Shown piece after piece: positions 54,702 to 64,000 of a stretch of 64,000 nucleotides of DNA. The notes under the pieces were generated by a model. That model ran no database searches, had not been told where the DNA came from, and saw only the letters and a list, made by a program, of their open reading frames with translations. A program made the position numbers and the translations under genes. The first letter of the stretch is position 1. Each line of letters begins with the position of its first letter. Source of the DNA: Bacteroidota bacterium. GTDB taxonomy: Bacteria; Bacteroidota; Bacteroidia; Bacteroidales; JBHOTF01. The stretch lies in assembly GCA_042584005.1 (NCBI GenBank), contig JBHOTF010000004.1:4151-68150 (forward strand), given 5' to 3'.

Positions 54702-55688
54702 ATGTTAAAAATTTTTGTATCAGGTGCTGATGGTTTTGTTGGAAGTAATCTGTTAAGAGAATTGCTCAGCAGGAATTATTCTATTGTTGCTTTTGTACAG
54801 TCTGGCATAGATCCGCATACAATTAAAAATCTTGATATTGATATCAGCTATGGTGATTTACTTTTGCCTGAAACAATTGATCTTGCAATGAAAGATTGCG
54901 ATATTGTAATTCATACTGCTGCAATAACTTCCATATGGCCATATCGTTCAGATATTCAGAAAAATGTAAATATTAAAGGAACAAAAAATATTATTGAGGC
55001 AGCGAAAAAGCATAAAATAAAACGATTTATTCATATTGGGACTGCTAATTCATTTGGTTTTGGTTCAAAAGAAAATCCTGGTGATGAAAATCAGCCATAT
55101 ATGGCCGGAAAATACAAAATGGACTATATGGATACTAAATATGAAGCACATAAATTGGTATTAGATGAAGTGAAGAATAATTCTTTTCCTGCAATAATAG
55201 TAAACCCGGCCTTTATGTTCGGGCCATTCCCCTCAAAATTTGGTAGTGCTACAATGATTGAATCAATTTACAAGCAAAAAGTGCCAGGCTATACAAAAGG
55301 AGGAAGAAATTATATTGCTGTAAAAGATGTGTGTGTTGCCATAGCTAATGCTGTAGTTCAGGGGGTGATAGGGGAATGTTATTTATTGGCAAATAAAAAT
55401 CTTAATTATAAAGAAGCTTTTACCTTAATTGCTGAAGTCGCTGGCGTTAAACCGCCTGGAATATATTTGCCTGCACCAATAGTGCTTTTGTATAGCCGAT
55501 TACTAACTTTTTTGGCAAAGATTGGAAAATATCAGCCTTCAGTTAATTATCAAATGGCAAGAATGTCTTTGGAAGGCCATTATTATACATCAAAAAAAGC
55601 AGTTTCAGATCTTAATTTACCACAAACATCAGTAAAAAAGGCTATTGAAGAGGCATTTGTCTGGATGAAAGATAATCAGGTTTTATAA
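54702..55688 (+). CDS. NAD-dependent epimerase/dehydratase (dihydroflavonol-reductase-like extended SDR)
   Basis: VSGADGFVGSNL Rossmann motif and YMDTKYEA (YxxxK). Confidence 0.8.
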   Translation: MLKIFVSGADGFVGSNLLRELLSRNYSIVAFVQSGIDPHTIKNLDIDISYGDLLLPETIDLAMKDCDIVIHTAAITSIWPYRSDIQKNVNIKGTKNIIEAAKKHKIKRFIHIGTANSFGFGSKENPGDENQPYMAGKYKMDYMDTKYEAHKLVLDEVKNNSFPAIIVNPAFMFGPFPSKFGSATMIESIYKQKVPGYTKGGRNYIAVKDVCVAIANAVVQGVIGECYLLANKNLNYKEAFTLIAEVAGVKPPGIYLPAPIVLLYSRLLTFLAKIGKYQPSVNYQMARMSLEGHYYTSKKAVSDLNLPQTSVKKAIEEAFVWMKDNQVL

Positions 55689-55703
55689 GATAGAATTGAT
55701 TAA

Positions 55704-57026
55704 TTAATAATAATACACACCTTTTTCTTCGTTCCTTCCAAAAAGATTAATATTTAATCCCAGAGCAGCTATCCATGCTCCGTTCTTCACAGAAACATCA
55801 TAAGTATCATATAGTTTTATGCTTCCTTTTTTCCAGAACGATCTTGCTATTCCAAAATTAATATCAATTTTATCACTTAATGTGTATTTGATTCCGGTAT
55901 TAATACTAAGGTAATTATATTTCATTACTTCAAATGAACCGATTCTTGAAAAATACCTTTCTTTATCATCGTAATTAAATCCTGTAAAAGTGCCACCTAT
56001 ACTATATTCCAGTTTGGGAGAAACCTGGAATCCCATAGCCATGCCTGCTTTATACGAGTCTCCGGCAATATTTGACCATTCCATACTATCAACTTCTGTT
56101 TTGCCCCACTCAGCAAGAGTTTGATAATAATAATTAAAATTACCTTCCAGCCAGGCCTCTTCATTTACCTGGATATGAAGCCCCAGATACAATGCAGAGG
56201 GTAAATCTCTACGATAAGTATCCTTATCTAAAAAAGTATTTGTATCATCTTTATTCACAGTAGTTTCAAAATCGAGTTTAACTCTGGTTTCATAATGAAT
56301 AGATAAATTTACCTGATTGCTTGGCGCCAAAGTTAATCCAATAATGCCACCAAAGCCGGAAGTTTTATCTTCCAGATCGATTTCAAATGGAGTGTCAATA
56401 ACCGTTGGTGATGATCCAATCATAAGTATACTTGCATTTGTATTTTTACTTGCGTCTATATAACGTCCACCCACTGAAACAGTGATTAAATTATTAAGTT
56501 TATAAGCTCCTCCAAAAGTAAAAGTAAGATAGGCTGATGAACCGGTTAATTGTTGATCACTGAATGAATTAAAAACTGGAAGATTGTCGACCAGTTGTTT
56601 TCCAATCAGGTCAGTAGATATCGAACCTGATGGATAATTAATTGCTCCTCCGCCACCGGCAATATATCCTCCTGCGTAAAAGGCATACCTGTCTTTCTTA
56701 TAAGCAGTATAAAAAGAAGGAAAGAATGCATCTACACCATCATGTTTATAGGTATTTTCACCATAACCAATATCAAAAGTATGTGATGGGGTTCTAATAA
56801 GAAACTGATTACTCATATTAATATAAAATCCATTCTTAAGGTTGGTTAAGCCGGAAGGATTATAATTTACAATATCAGCTCCATCCACAGCCGCGTTTCT
56901 ATTACCGGTACGAACCCATTCGGCACTCATATTGGCAACATTATCAAGTTGAGCAAAAAGTTTTGTTGTGAATATTACAGTTATCACAAATAATCCTGAG
57001 AATATTAATAATTTTTTCATGTGCAT
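55704..57026 (-). CDS. Outer-membrane beta-barrel protein (possibly FadL/TodX-like transport protein)
   Basis: Signal peptide (MHMKKLLIFSGLFVITVIFTTKLFAQ; an alternative ATG lies at 57020). Long alternating-strand barrel with an aromatic C-terminus. Confidence 0.45.
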   Translation of the reverse strand: MHMKKLLIFSGLFVITVIFTTKLFAQLDNVANMSAEWVRTGNRNAAVDGADIVNYNPSGLTNLKNGFYINMSNQFLIRTPSHTFDIGYGENTYKHDGVDAFFPSFYTAYKKDRYAFYAGGYIAGGGGAINYPSGSISTDLIGKQLVDNLPVFNSFSDQQLTGSSAYLTFTFGGAYKLNNLITVSVGGRYIDASKNTNASILMIGSSPTVIDTPFEIDLEDKTSGFGGIIGLTLAPSNQVNLSIHYETRVKLDFETTVNKDDTNTFLDKDTYRRDLPSALYLGLHIQVNEEAWLEGNFNYYYQTLAEWGKTEVDSMEWSNIAGDSYKAGMAMGFQVSPKLEYSIGGTFTGFNYDDKERYFSRIGSFEVMKYNYLSINTGIKYTLSDKIDINFGIARSFWKKGSIKLYDTYDVSVKNGAWIAALGLNINLFGRNEEKGVYYY

Positions 57027-57081
57027 TTCATATTAATTAAAAATATTTTTTTTCACTTTGTTATGAGAAAGCATCTCTTTT

Positions 57082-57849
57082 TTAATTGTTTTTTTTGTGT
57101 AAATTATTTGCATTTGCCTGAGCAGTTGGCATAATCAATATATCGTTAATATTTACATGTTCCGGCCGGGAGGCAACAAAAAGCACTGCTTCAGCTATGT
57201 CTTCAGCATATAATGGAGTGAATCCTTCATAAACCTTATCAGCTTTTTCTTTATCCCATTTATATCTTACATAAGAAAACTCAGTTTCAACAGCCCCCGG
57301 ACAAACTGAGCTGACTTTAATACCATATTTAAGAAGGTCAATTCGCATACCTTTGGTCAAAGCATCAACAGCATATTTTGTCGCACAGTAGGTGTTCCCA
57401 TTTGCATATACTTCTTTTCCGGCAATAGAGCCAATATTTATTATATGTCCATTTCCCCTTTTAACCATATCAGGTGATATTAGTCTTGTAATATAAAGCA
57501 AACCTTTAATATTGGTATCTATCATTTGTTCCCAATTGTCTACTATCCCTTCGTTTATTGGTTCTGCTCCGGCTGCAAGTCCTGCATTATTTACAAGAAG
57601 GTCAATTGATTCCCACTTCTCAGGAAGGCTATTTATAGCATTTTCAACAGCTTCCTTTGAACGTATATCAAAGTTTAATTTATAAACGGAATCTTCGCCA
57701 AACTTATTCTTCAGATAATCTGTGAATTTATCAAGTAATTTTTTTCGTCTGCCTGTAATAATAATTCTATATCCATTTTCAGCAAGTTTAATGGCGGTGG
57801 CATATCCTATTCCTGAAGTTGCTCCGGTTATTAGTGCCGTTTTTTTCAT
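57082..57849 (-). CDS. Classical SDR oxidoreductase (YdfG-like)
   Basis: TGATSGIGYATA, NNAG and YCATKYAV motifs. Confidence 0.85.
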   Translation of the reverse strand: MKKTALITGATSGIGYATAIKLAENGYRIIITGRRKKLLDKFTDYLKNKFGEDSVYKLNFDIRSKEAVENAINSLPEKWESIDLLVNNAGLAAGAEPINEGIVDNWEQMIDTNIKGLLYITRLISPDMVKRGNGHIINIGSIAGKEVYANGNTYCATKYAVDALTKGMRIDLLKYGIKVSSVCPGAVETEFSYVRYKWDKEKADKVYEGFTPLYAEDIAEAVLFVASRPEHVNINDILIMPTAQANANNLHKKNN

Positions 57850-58248
57850 TTGTCTGTTAAAATTTTACACCTATAAAAGTATAAAAATACAGAATTATTC
57901 TCTTATGTTTTTTAGTATTCCTTATTTTAATTCGTAATGAAACACATCATCAAAGTCAGTCCTGGAAACAATATCAAAATTACATTTTGTTAAGTTGTAT
58001 ATTACAGACAATTGATTAAAAGAATAAATATTAAACATGTTAGAAAAAAACTCTGGATTGGCAAAAAGAACTTTAAAAAAGGATAATAACATAATTCATT
58101 AAGCTTTTTTTAATTTGAAATACTAATTTTGAAAACTATTAGTTATAGCTAATAAGTTAAATGTTATTTTATATATTTAATTTTTAATAATTAGTAAAGG
58201 ATTATTTTATGATGTTTTAACATCTGTTTGTTGCAAATTCTGAAAAAT

Positions 58249-58917
58249 ATGAGAAGATCATTTTTTATAATACTTTTTATAATTGGTGTCACCGCCTTTG
58301 GACAAAGTTTCCGTCCAAAAAATCTTCCCATAATAGAATCGAAAAAATTTCATCTGGGATATACAGTAGGAATTGGTGTTATGGATTACAGAATGTCATT
58401 TAATGAAGGGCATGGCGGGGGACTTAATGTTAAAAATGCTGCAATTTTTATTGGAATGGTGTCAGATCTTTCAATTACAAAGTATACCAGCCTGCGTTTT
58501 CTTCCAGGAATATCTTTTGGGCAAAGAGATATAAGAATTGACAATTCTACTCTGGTTCCAAAAATTGAAACTGTATTTGTAGAATTGCCATTGCTTTATA
58601 AATATCGGGCGAAAAGACATAACAATTTTGCTCCATATCTTATAGGCGGATTTAATGCTCGTTTTGACCTGACAGGAGGTGAACTTGTTAGAGGACGTGT
58701 TGCAGAACGACTTGTGAAAATTTTTGATATATATTATGAACTGGGTGTTGGATTTGTTTCTTATCTGCAAAATGTAAGAGTAGCCACAGAGCTGAAATTT
58801 TCTATAGGTTTACGTAACGTATTTTCAGAAATTTCCACACCGGAATATATGGATTATACAATGAATTTTAATGGACTATATTCAAAAATAATGGTCCTTT
58901 CATTTCATATTGAATAG
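58249..58917 (+). CDS. Small outer-membrane beta-barrel protein (PorT/porin-family-like)
   Basis: Signal peptide MRRSFFIILFIIGVTAFGQ and an 8-10 strand-size barrel. I prefer the ATG at 58249 to the TTG at 58228. Confidence 0.5.
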   Translation: MRRSFFIILFIIGVTAFGQSFRPKNLPIIESKKFHLGYTVGIGVMDYRMSFNEGHGGGLNVKNAAIFIGMVSDLSITKYTSLRFLPGISFGQRDIRIDNSTLVPKIETVFVELPLLYKYRAKRHNNFAPYLIGGFNARFDLTGGELVRGRVAERLVKIFDIYYELGVGFVSYLQNVRVATELKFSIGLRNVFSEISTPEYMDYTMNFNGLYSKIMVLSFHIE

Positions 58918-58922
58918 CAAAA

Positions 58923-59732
58923 TTATTGTCTGTAAGAATGTTGTCTTTTTATTCTACGCCTGAATTCTGAACATATTATCGCTGTTGCTGCGGAAACGTT
59001 TAAAGAATTTATTTCAGCCTCATCTCCAGGAAAAGTGGGAATACTTAGTTTTTTTGTTACTAGTTTTTCTAGATTCGGGTGAATCCCTTTTGATTCATTT
59101 CCCATAATTATAATTCCGGTTTCACTAAGTTTAGTATTATAAATATTCTCACCTTCAAGGAAGGTCCCGTAAATTTGAATCGAATAATTCAGATTATCAA
59201 TCAGAGAATTTATATCTATATAGTGAACTTTTACCCTGGAAAATGATCCCATAGAAGATTGAATAACTTTTGGGTTATAAATTTCTGCTGAATCAGGAGA
59301 ACAAAAAATATTTTTTATTCCAAACCAATCAGAAATTCTGATAATATTACCGAGATTACCAGGATCTTGAATATTCTCCAGAAAAATTGACAAATCATTT
59401 TTCACTTCATTATAATTTATTTTATGATCTGGTAAATGAATTATTGCTAAAACCTGATTAGGCGTTTTTAAGGATGATATTTTTTCGAGTTCTCCGGATT
59501 TAAGATCATAGATTTTTAAATCACTGTTTTGACTGCTTATTGACTGCTGTTTGATCCATTCAGGACAGGCAAATATTTTTTTTATTTTAAAAGGGCTTTT
59601 GGTGTCTTGTTTATTTCGGTGGTAAAGTTCAGCAACTATTTTATCACCTTCTGCAATAAATTCACGATATAAATTTCTGTATTTTTTTATTCTAAGCGAT
59701 TTAATATGCTTGATTTGTTCTTTGCTCAACAT
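58923..59732 (-). CDS. TrmH/SpoU-family RNA 2'-O-methyltransferase
   Basis: DPGNLGNIIRI, IIMGNESKGI and LNVSAATAI SpoU motifs. Confidence 0.8.
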   Translation of the reverse strand: MLSKEQIKHIKSLRIKKYRNLYREFIAEGDKIVAELYHRNKQDTKSPFKIKKIFACPEWIKQQSISSQNSDLKIYDLKSGELEKISSLKTPNQVLAIIHLPDHKINYNEVKNDLSIFLENIQDPGNLGNIIRISDWFGIKNIFCSPDSAEIYNPKVIQSSMGSFSRVKVHYIDINSLIDNLNYSIQIYGTFLEGENIYNTKLSETGIIIMGNESKGIHPNLEKLVTKKLSIPTFPGDEAEINSLNVSAATAIICSEFRRRIKRQHSYRQ

Positions 59733-59826
59733 AAACTTTTGAAATACTGTATAATAATTATTATCCGGAGGAGTTATTAATTATTGAAAATGCAAGGTAT
59801 AATTTATTATTTACATTATTAAATAA

Positions 59827-59834
59827 TATATTTG
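59827..59834 (+). promoter_or_regulatory. Candidate -7 box TATATTTG
   Basis: TAnnTTTG match 35 nt upstream of the TTG start at 59869. Confidence 0.4.
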
Positions 59835-59868
59835 TCTTAGATGAAGATCATATTGAAAAATCATAATT

Positions 59869-62214
59869 TTGAAGAGCCACAGGAAGCATAATTCAATATA
59901 CAAATCGTTTAGATTTCTAATTTTTATTTTCACAATATTAATTCTTTTTTCATGTAATGTAACCAAACATGTTTCAGAAGACAGCTACCTGTTGAATAAA
60001 ACAAAAATAATTACTGATAATAGTAAGTTTAATATTGATGAAATGAAAGGCTATTTGAAACAAAAGCCCAATAAAAAGATATTCGGAGTTGTAAGATTTC
60101 ATCTGGGACTATATAATTTATCGAAAGTGGGATCATCAGGTGGAATAAGTGGATGGCTACACAAAATAGGTGAAGAACCAATAATATTTGATGAGTATGT
60201 GACGAATAACACTACCCAACAATTAACAAAATATCTGGAAACAAAAGGTTATTATAATGCTATTGTAAGAGATTCTGTTAAGTTGGAAAAAAGAAAAGCT
60301 GAAGTTTATTATATTGTTGAATTAAATCAGCCGAGAATTATAAGAAATCTTAGTTATCAGTATGATAAGGATACTCTGAATGAAGATCTTTGGTCACTTA
60401 TTCTTGCTGACACATCTACCTTTCAGGTAAAGGCAGGAAAGATAGAAGACAGGGAAATTTTTGAAAATGATAGAGAAAGAATAACTGCAATTGCAAAAAA
60501 CAATGGCTATTATAAATTTTCCAAAGATTATGTTCAATATATAGTTTATTATAGTTTGTCAAATAATCTGGTTGATGTTTCAGTCATTATTGGTAATGTG
60601 CAGGGAGATACCATTAATGGAGGTAAACATTTATTATATCATGTCAGGGAAATAAGCTTTGAAACTAACTACGATCCTAAAACTGTTCTTATGGATGAGA
60701 ACACTATAATAAATGCTGATACAATTGTTCAAGAAGAAATTAAATTTATTTATAATGACAAATTAAATATTAAACCTAATGTACTTATTGAAACTAACTA
60801 TATAAAGAAAGGCAAACTCTATAATTATTACGATGTTGAGCAAACTTCCAAAAATCTTGGTTCTCTTGGAGTATTTAAAGGAAACCCTGGTATTTATTTT
60901 CAGGAAATTCCCGATTCATCAGGAACCAGTTTAGGGTCAACTGATCTTGAATGTATTATTCAACTGACACCGCATAAATCTCAAGAACTGGTTTATGCTC
61001 TTGACGGAACCCATTCAAATGGCAATTTGGGCATTGCTGGTAATTTATCATATAAACACAGGAACCTTTTTAGGGGTGCTGAAAGTTTTGATCTTAAATT
61101 TATTGGTGCTGTTGAAATGATTAATGATAATGATAACAACCTGGATAAAATAATAAAATACGGACTTGAAGCAACAATTAATTCCCCCAAATTTTTTCTA
61201 CCATTCAGAATGGATAATTTTTTCAAAAGATTCCATCCAAAAACATCATTAAACTTTGTATACAATTTTCAAAAAAGGCCGGATTACACTCGTCTTATTA
61301 CTAACCTGAATTTTGGATATTTATGGAATAGTACAGCTTACATAAGCCATATTGTTAATCCTATTGAATTTAATTTTGTTAATGTTACAGATATCAGTAG
61401 TAATTTTAGTGATATCATTAAAGGAACATATATCGAAAATTCATTTAAAACACACCTTGTTTCGGTTTCAAGATATAGTATAGAATTTAATAATTTTCAA
61501 ACAAACAAAAATGCAGATCATTCTTTTTTTCGAATAAATCTTGAATCAGGAGGGAATTTGATTACAGGCTTTAATAAAATCATTAATTCAAAAAAAACAG
61601 AAAATTCATACCAATTATTTGGCACCCGATATGCGCAATTTGTGAAAACAGATATTGAGCTTCGTAGATATAAGTGGCTTAATGAATCAAGTTCAATAGT
61701 TGGCAGAGTCTTTATTGGCGCAGGTTTGCCTTATGGTAATATGAATGTGATGCCGTTTGAAAAGAAATATTATTCAGGAGGTGCAAATGGAATAAGAGCA
61801 TGGCAGGCAAGATCTTTAGGCCCTGGATCCTATGTTATGGATGAAAGTGAAAGTAAGGGGTTTTATCCAAACCAATTGGGTGATATTAAGATCGAATTAA
61901 ACCTTGAATACAGATTTGACCTTTTTTGGAAACTTGAAGGAGCTGTTTTCCTTGATGCAGGAAATATATGGGCAATTAATAATTCGGACGATAGAGAAGG
62001 ATCACTTTTTAAATTAAATAGTTTTTACAAAGAAATTGCGGTTGGTACAGGACTTGGAGCAAGAGTGGATTTTCGTTTTTTTCTGCTCCGCTTAGATGTT
62101 GGCTATAAACTGAGAGATCCTGCATATCCGTTGAGTAACAGATGGGTCCCTGGTAATGGAAAATTTCAGTGGAACCATCTGATGTTGAATCTTGGGATTG
62201 CTTATCCATTTTAA
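59869..62214 (+). CDS. BamA/TamA-family Omp85 outer-membrane protein (lipoprotein-type signal)
   Basis: TTG start, signal with LILFSC, POTRA-like N-terminal half, YSGGANGIRAW motif. Barrel ends in ...LGIAYPF. Confidence 0.7.
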   Translation: MKSHRKHNSIYKSFRFLIFIFTILILFSCNVTKHVSEDSYLLNKTKIITDNSKFNIDEMKGYLKQKPNKKIFGVVRFHLGLYNLSKVGSSGGISGWLHKIGEEPIIFDEYVTNNTTQQLTKYLETKGYYNAIVRDSVKLEKRKAEVYYIVELNQPRIIRNLSYQYDKDTLNEDLWSLILADTSTFQVKAGKIEDREIFENDRERITAIAKNNGYYKFSKDYVQYIVYYSLSNNLVDVSVIIGNVQGDTINGGKHLLYHVREISFETNYDPKTVLMDENTIINADTIVQEEIKFIYNDKLNIKPNVLIETNYIKKGKLYNYYDVEQTSKNLGSLGVFKGNPGIYFQEIPDSSGTSLGSTDLECIIQLTPHKSQELVYALDGTHSNGNLGIAGNLSYKHRNLFRGAESFDLKFIGAVEMINDNDNNLDKIIKYGLEATINSPKFFLPFRMDNFFKRFHPKTSLNFVYNFQKRPDYTRLITNLNFGYLWNSTAYISHIVNPIEFNFVNVTDISSNFSDIIKGTYIENSFKTHLVSVSRYSIEFNNFQTNKNADHSFFRINLESGGNLITGFNKIINSKKTENSYQLFGTRYAQFVKTDIELRRYKWLNESSSIVGRVFIGAGLPYGNMNVMPFEKKYYSGGANGIRAWQARSLGPGSYVMDESESKGFYPNQLGDIKIELNLEYRFDLFWKLEGAVFLDAGNIWAINNSDDREGSLFKLNSFYKEIAVGTGLGARVDFRFFLLRLDVGYKLRDPAYPLSNRWVPGNGKFQWNHLMLNLGIAYPF

Positions 62215-62312
62215 AACCTTAGCCTATAACTAAGATTGTTCTGTATTTATGTATATTTATTTTATTTTAATAATATTATTTAATAGCTATTAATTTCTGA
62301 AAAATTTATAAC

Positions 62313-63392
62313 ATGAGTAAAAAAATATTTGAAGTGGTAAAACCTGGGGTTGTAACCGGAAATGATGTACAGAAAATATTCAGTATTGCAAAGGAAAATA
62401 ATTTTGCCTTGCCTGCTGTGAATATTATTGGAACTCATTCAGCAAATGCTGTACTTGAAGCTGCTAAAGAAGCTAATTCTCCAGTAATTATTCAATTATC
62501 AAGTGGAGGAGCAGTATTTTTTGCCGGGAAATCTTTAAGTAACGAAAATCATCTTGCATCTATAATGGGTGGTGTTGCAGGGGCTAAACATATTCATACC
62601 ATGGCAGAAGTTTATGGAGTGCCCGTAATATTGCATACTGACCATGCAGCAAAAAAACTTCTTCCATGGATAGATGGCCTTCTTGAATTCGGAGAGAAAC
62701 ATTATAAACAATATGGAAAGCCATTATATAGTTCACATATGCTTGATCTATCCGAAGAACCTCTGGAAGAAAATGTTTCTATCTGTAAAGATTATCTTAA
62801 GAGGATGGATAAAATGGATATGACCCTTGAGATAGAACTTGGATGCACAGGAGGTGAAGAAGATGGTGTGGATAATACAGAAATGGATAATTCAAAGTTA
62901 TATACTCAACCAGATGATGTTGCTTATGCTTATGGTGAATTAATTAAAATAAGTAATAAATTCACTATTGCTGCCTCCTTTGGTAATGTTCATGGAGTTT
63001 ATAAACCCGGCAATGTTGTACTGCAACCTAAAATATTAAAAAATTCACAAAGTCTTGTTTTCGAGAAATTAGGGATAGGTCCAAATGAAATAAATTTTGT
63101 ATTCCATGGAGGATCCGGTTCTCTACAAGAAGAAATTCGCGAGGCAATAAGTTATGGAGTAATTAAAATGAATATTGATACAGACACCCAATGGGCTTTT
63201 TGGGATGGCGTAAAAGAATATTACAAAACAAACACCGATTATTTACAGGGCCAGATTGGTAATCCTGATGGTGAAGATAAACCAAACAAGAAAAAATATG
63301 ATCCCAGAGCCTGGATAAGAGAAGGAGAAAAATCAATGGCGAAAAGATTAAAAATCGCTTTTGATGATCTGAATTGTATCAATAGAAATTAA
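62313..63392 (+). CDS. fbaA: Class II fructose-1,6-bisphosphate aldolase
   Basis: Collinear over 359 aa with E. coli FbaA by eye (MSKIFEVVKPGVVTG..., VILHTDHAAKKLLPWIDGLL, FGNVHGVYKPGNVVL, FVFHGGSGS). Confidence 0.92.
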   Translation: MSKKIFEVVKPGVVTGNDVQKIFSIAKENNFALPAVNIIGTHSANAVLEAAKEANSPVIIQLSSGGAVFFAGKSLSNENHLASIMGGVAGAKHIHTMAEVYGVPVILHTDHAAKKLLPWIDGLLEFGEKHYKQYGKPLYSSHMLDLSEEPLEENVSICKDYLKRMDKMDMTLEIELGCTGGEEDGVDNTEMDNSKLYTQPDDVAYAYGELIKISNKFTIAASFGNVHGVYKPGNVVLQPKILKNSQSLVFEKLGIGPNEINFVFHGGSGSLQEEIREAISYGVIKMNIDTDTQWAFWDGVKEYYKTNTDYLQGQIGNPDGEDKPNKKKYDPRAWIREGEKSMAKRLKIAFDDLNCINRN

Positions 63393-63567
63393 TATTATTT
63401 TTTATAACAAATAACCATTCTCTTTTAGAAATCAATTGATTAAAGTTCTGTCAGTTGATACTCCTCGTTTAGATGTTTTAATAAAAGAAGTTTTTTTGTA
63501 TCATTGTGGGTTTTATATTCAGAAAATTCATATACCAGTAAGTAGATAAACTATATATTACTTTAAT

Positions 63568-64000
63568 ATTTTTAAAAATGGCAAATATTAATCCGGGAAA
63601 AAGAGATAATTTTGGATCCAAATTAGGAATTCTTGCAGCTGCTGCAGGTTCGGCAATAGGACTGGGAAATATTTGGAGATTTCCATATGAGACCGGGGAA
63701 AATGGCGGAGGTGCTTTTCTTGTGGTTTATTTGGTATTTATTTTTGCTTTAGGTGTTCCTCTGATGCTTTCTGAATTTATTATCGGTAGAAGAGCCCAAA
63801 GAAATCCAATTGGAACATTTAAAAAACTTGCTCCGGGAAAACCCTGGCATATTGTTGGACTGATGGGTGTTGCTGCAGCATTTATGATATTTGCTTTTTA
63901 TGGAGTTGTTGCCGGTTGGACTTTAGAGTATATTTTTCAGGCAGTTAAAAATGGTTTTGGCGGAAAAGATGCAACAGAAATAACAGCTATGTTTCAAGGT
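63568..64000 (+). CDS. Sodium-dependent transporter (NSS/SNF family), 3' end runs off the window
   Basis: GSAIGLGNIWRFPY hallmark of neurotransmitter:sodium symporter family proteins. The frame is open to the window end. Confidence 0.8.

Noticed and set aside
63431-63440. 10-bp palindrome ATCAATTGAT upstream of the NSS transporter gene.
   Set aside because: It is a single short AT-rich palindrome with no second copy or known matching operator. The half-sites are in the reverse order to an FNR-type TTGAT-N4-ATCAA site.
1-64000. Scan for CRISPR arrays, tRNA or rRNA genes, transposases, integrases, phage genes, toxin-antitoxin pairs and classical defence genes.
   Set aside because: No spacer exceeds about 380 nt, and none shows regularly spaced direct repeats or GC-rich tRNA-like stems. 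No ORF shows recombinase, transposase or defence-nuclease motifs that I could recognise.

Overview
This is a 64-kb chromosomal segment that is almost fully coding. Hand counts give roughly 30-35% G+C. I call 57 CDS and see no rRNA, tRNA, CRISPR array, transposase or integrase.

Lineage: several signals point to Bacteroidota. These are the nadK/OMP/uppS/bamA/ompH/ompH/murI synteny, a T9SS C-terminal sorting domain, a TonB-dependent receptor, recurrent TAnnTTTG -7 boxes and a general absence of Shine-Dalgarno sequences. korAB, a tungsten-type aldehyde:ferredoxin oxidoreductase, a periplasmic formate dehydrogenase, an RdhA-like Fe-S protein and three nitroreductases suggest an anaerobe.

Layout:
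- 0-12 kb: envelope and core metabolism.
- 12-18 kb: an hldD-like epimerase followed by a split LanB-type peptide dehydratase pair.
- 18-23 kb: a 1077-aa fused flavo-iron-sulfur oxidoreductase, divergent from a membrane-anchored RdhA-like gene.
- 25.5-46.4 kb: a pterin-cofactor island. It holds AOR, a ThiS/MoaD-like carrier, a DUF364-like protein, moeA-moaA-moaC, mobA, mog, and an fdnG/fdnH/NrfD-type/fdhE operon. An odd insert interrupts it: a TiaS-kinase-domain-like protein, a membrane protein, a lipoprotein, a TonB receptor and a sulfatase.
- 46-64 kb: mixed envelope and redox genes, ending in fbaA and a partial NSS transporter.

Best candidates for something undescribed:
1. The orphan split LanB pair, which has no cyclase, exporter-peptidase or visible precursor.
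2. A bacterial stand-alone TiaS-TCKD-like protein that overlaps a multi-pass membrane protein and shows a local G+C spike.
3. The HcnA+HcnB+HcnC-like single-polypeptide oxidoreductase beside the RdhA-like gene.

All family assignments rest on motif and architecture recognition by eye. None has been confirmed by a database search.
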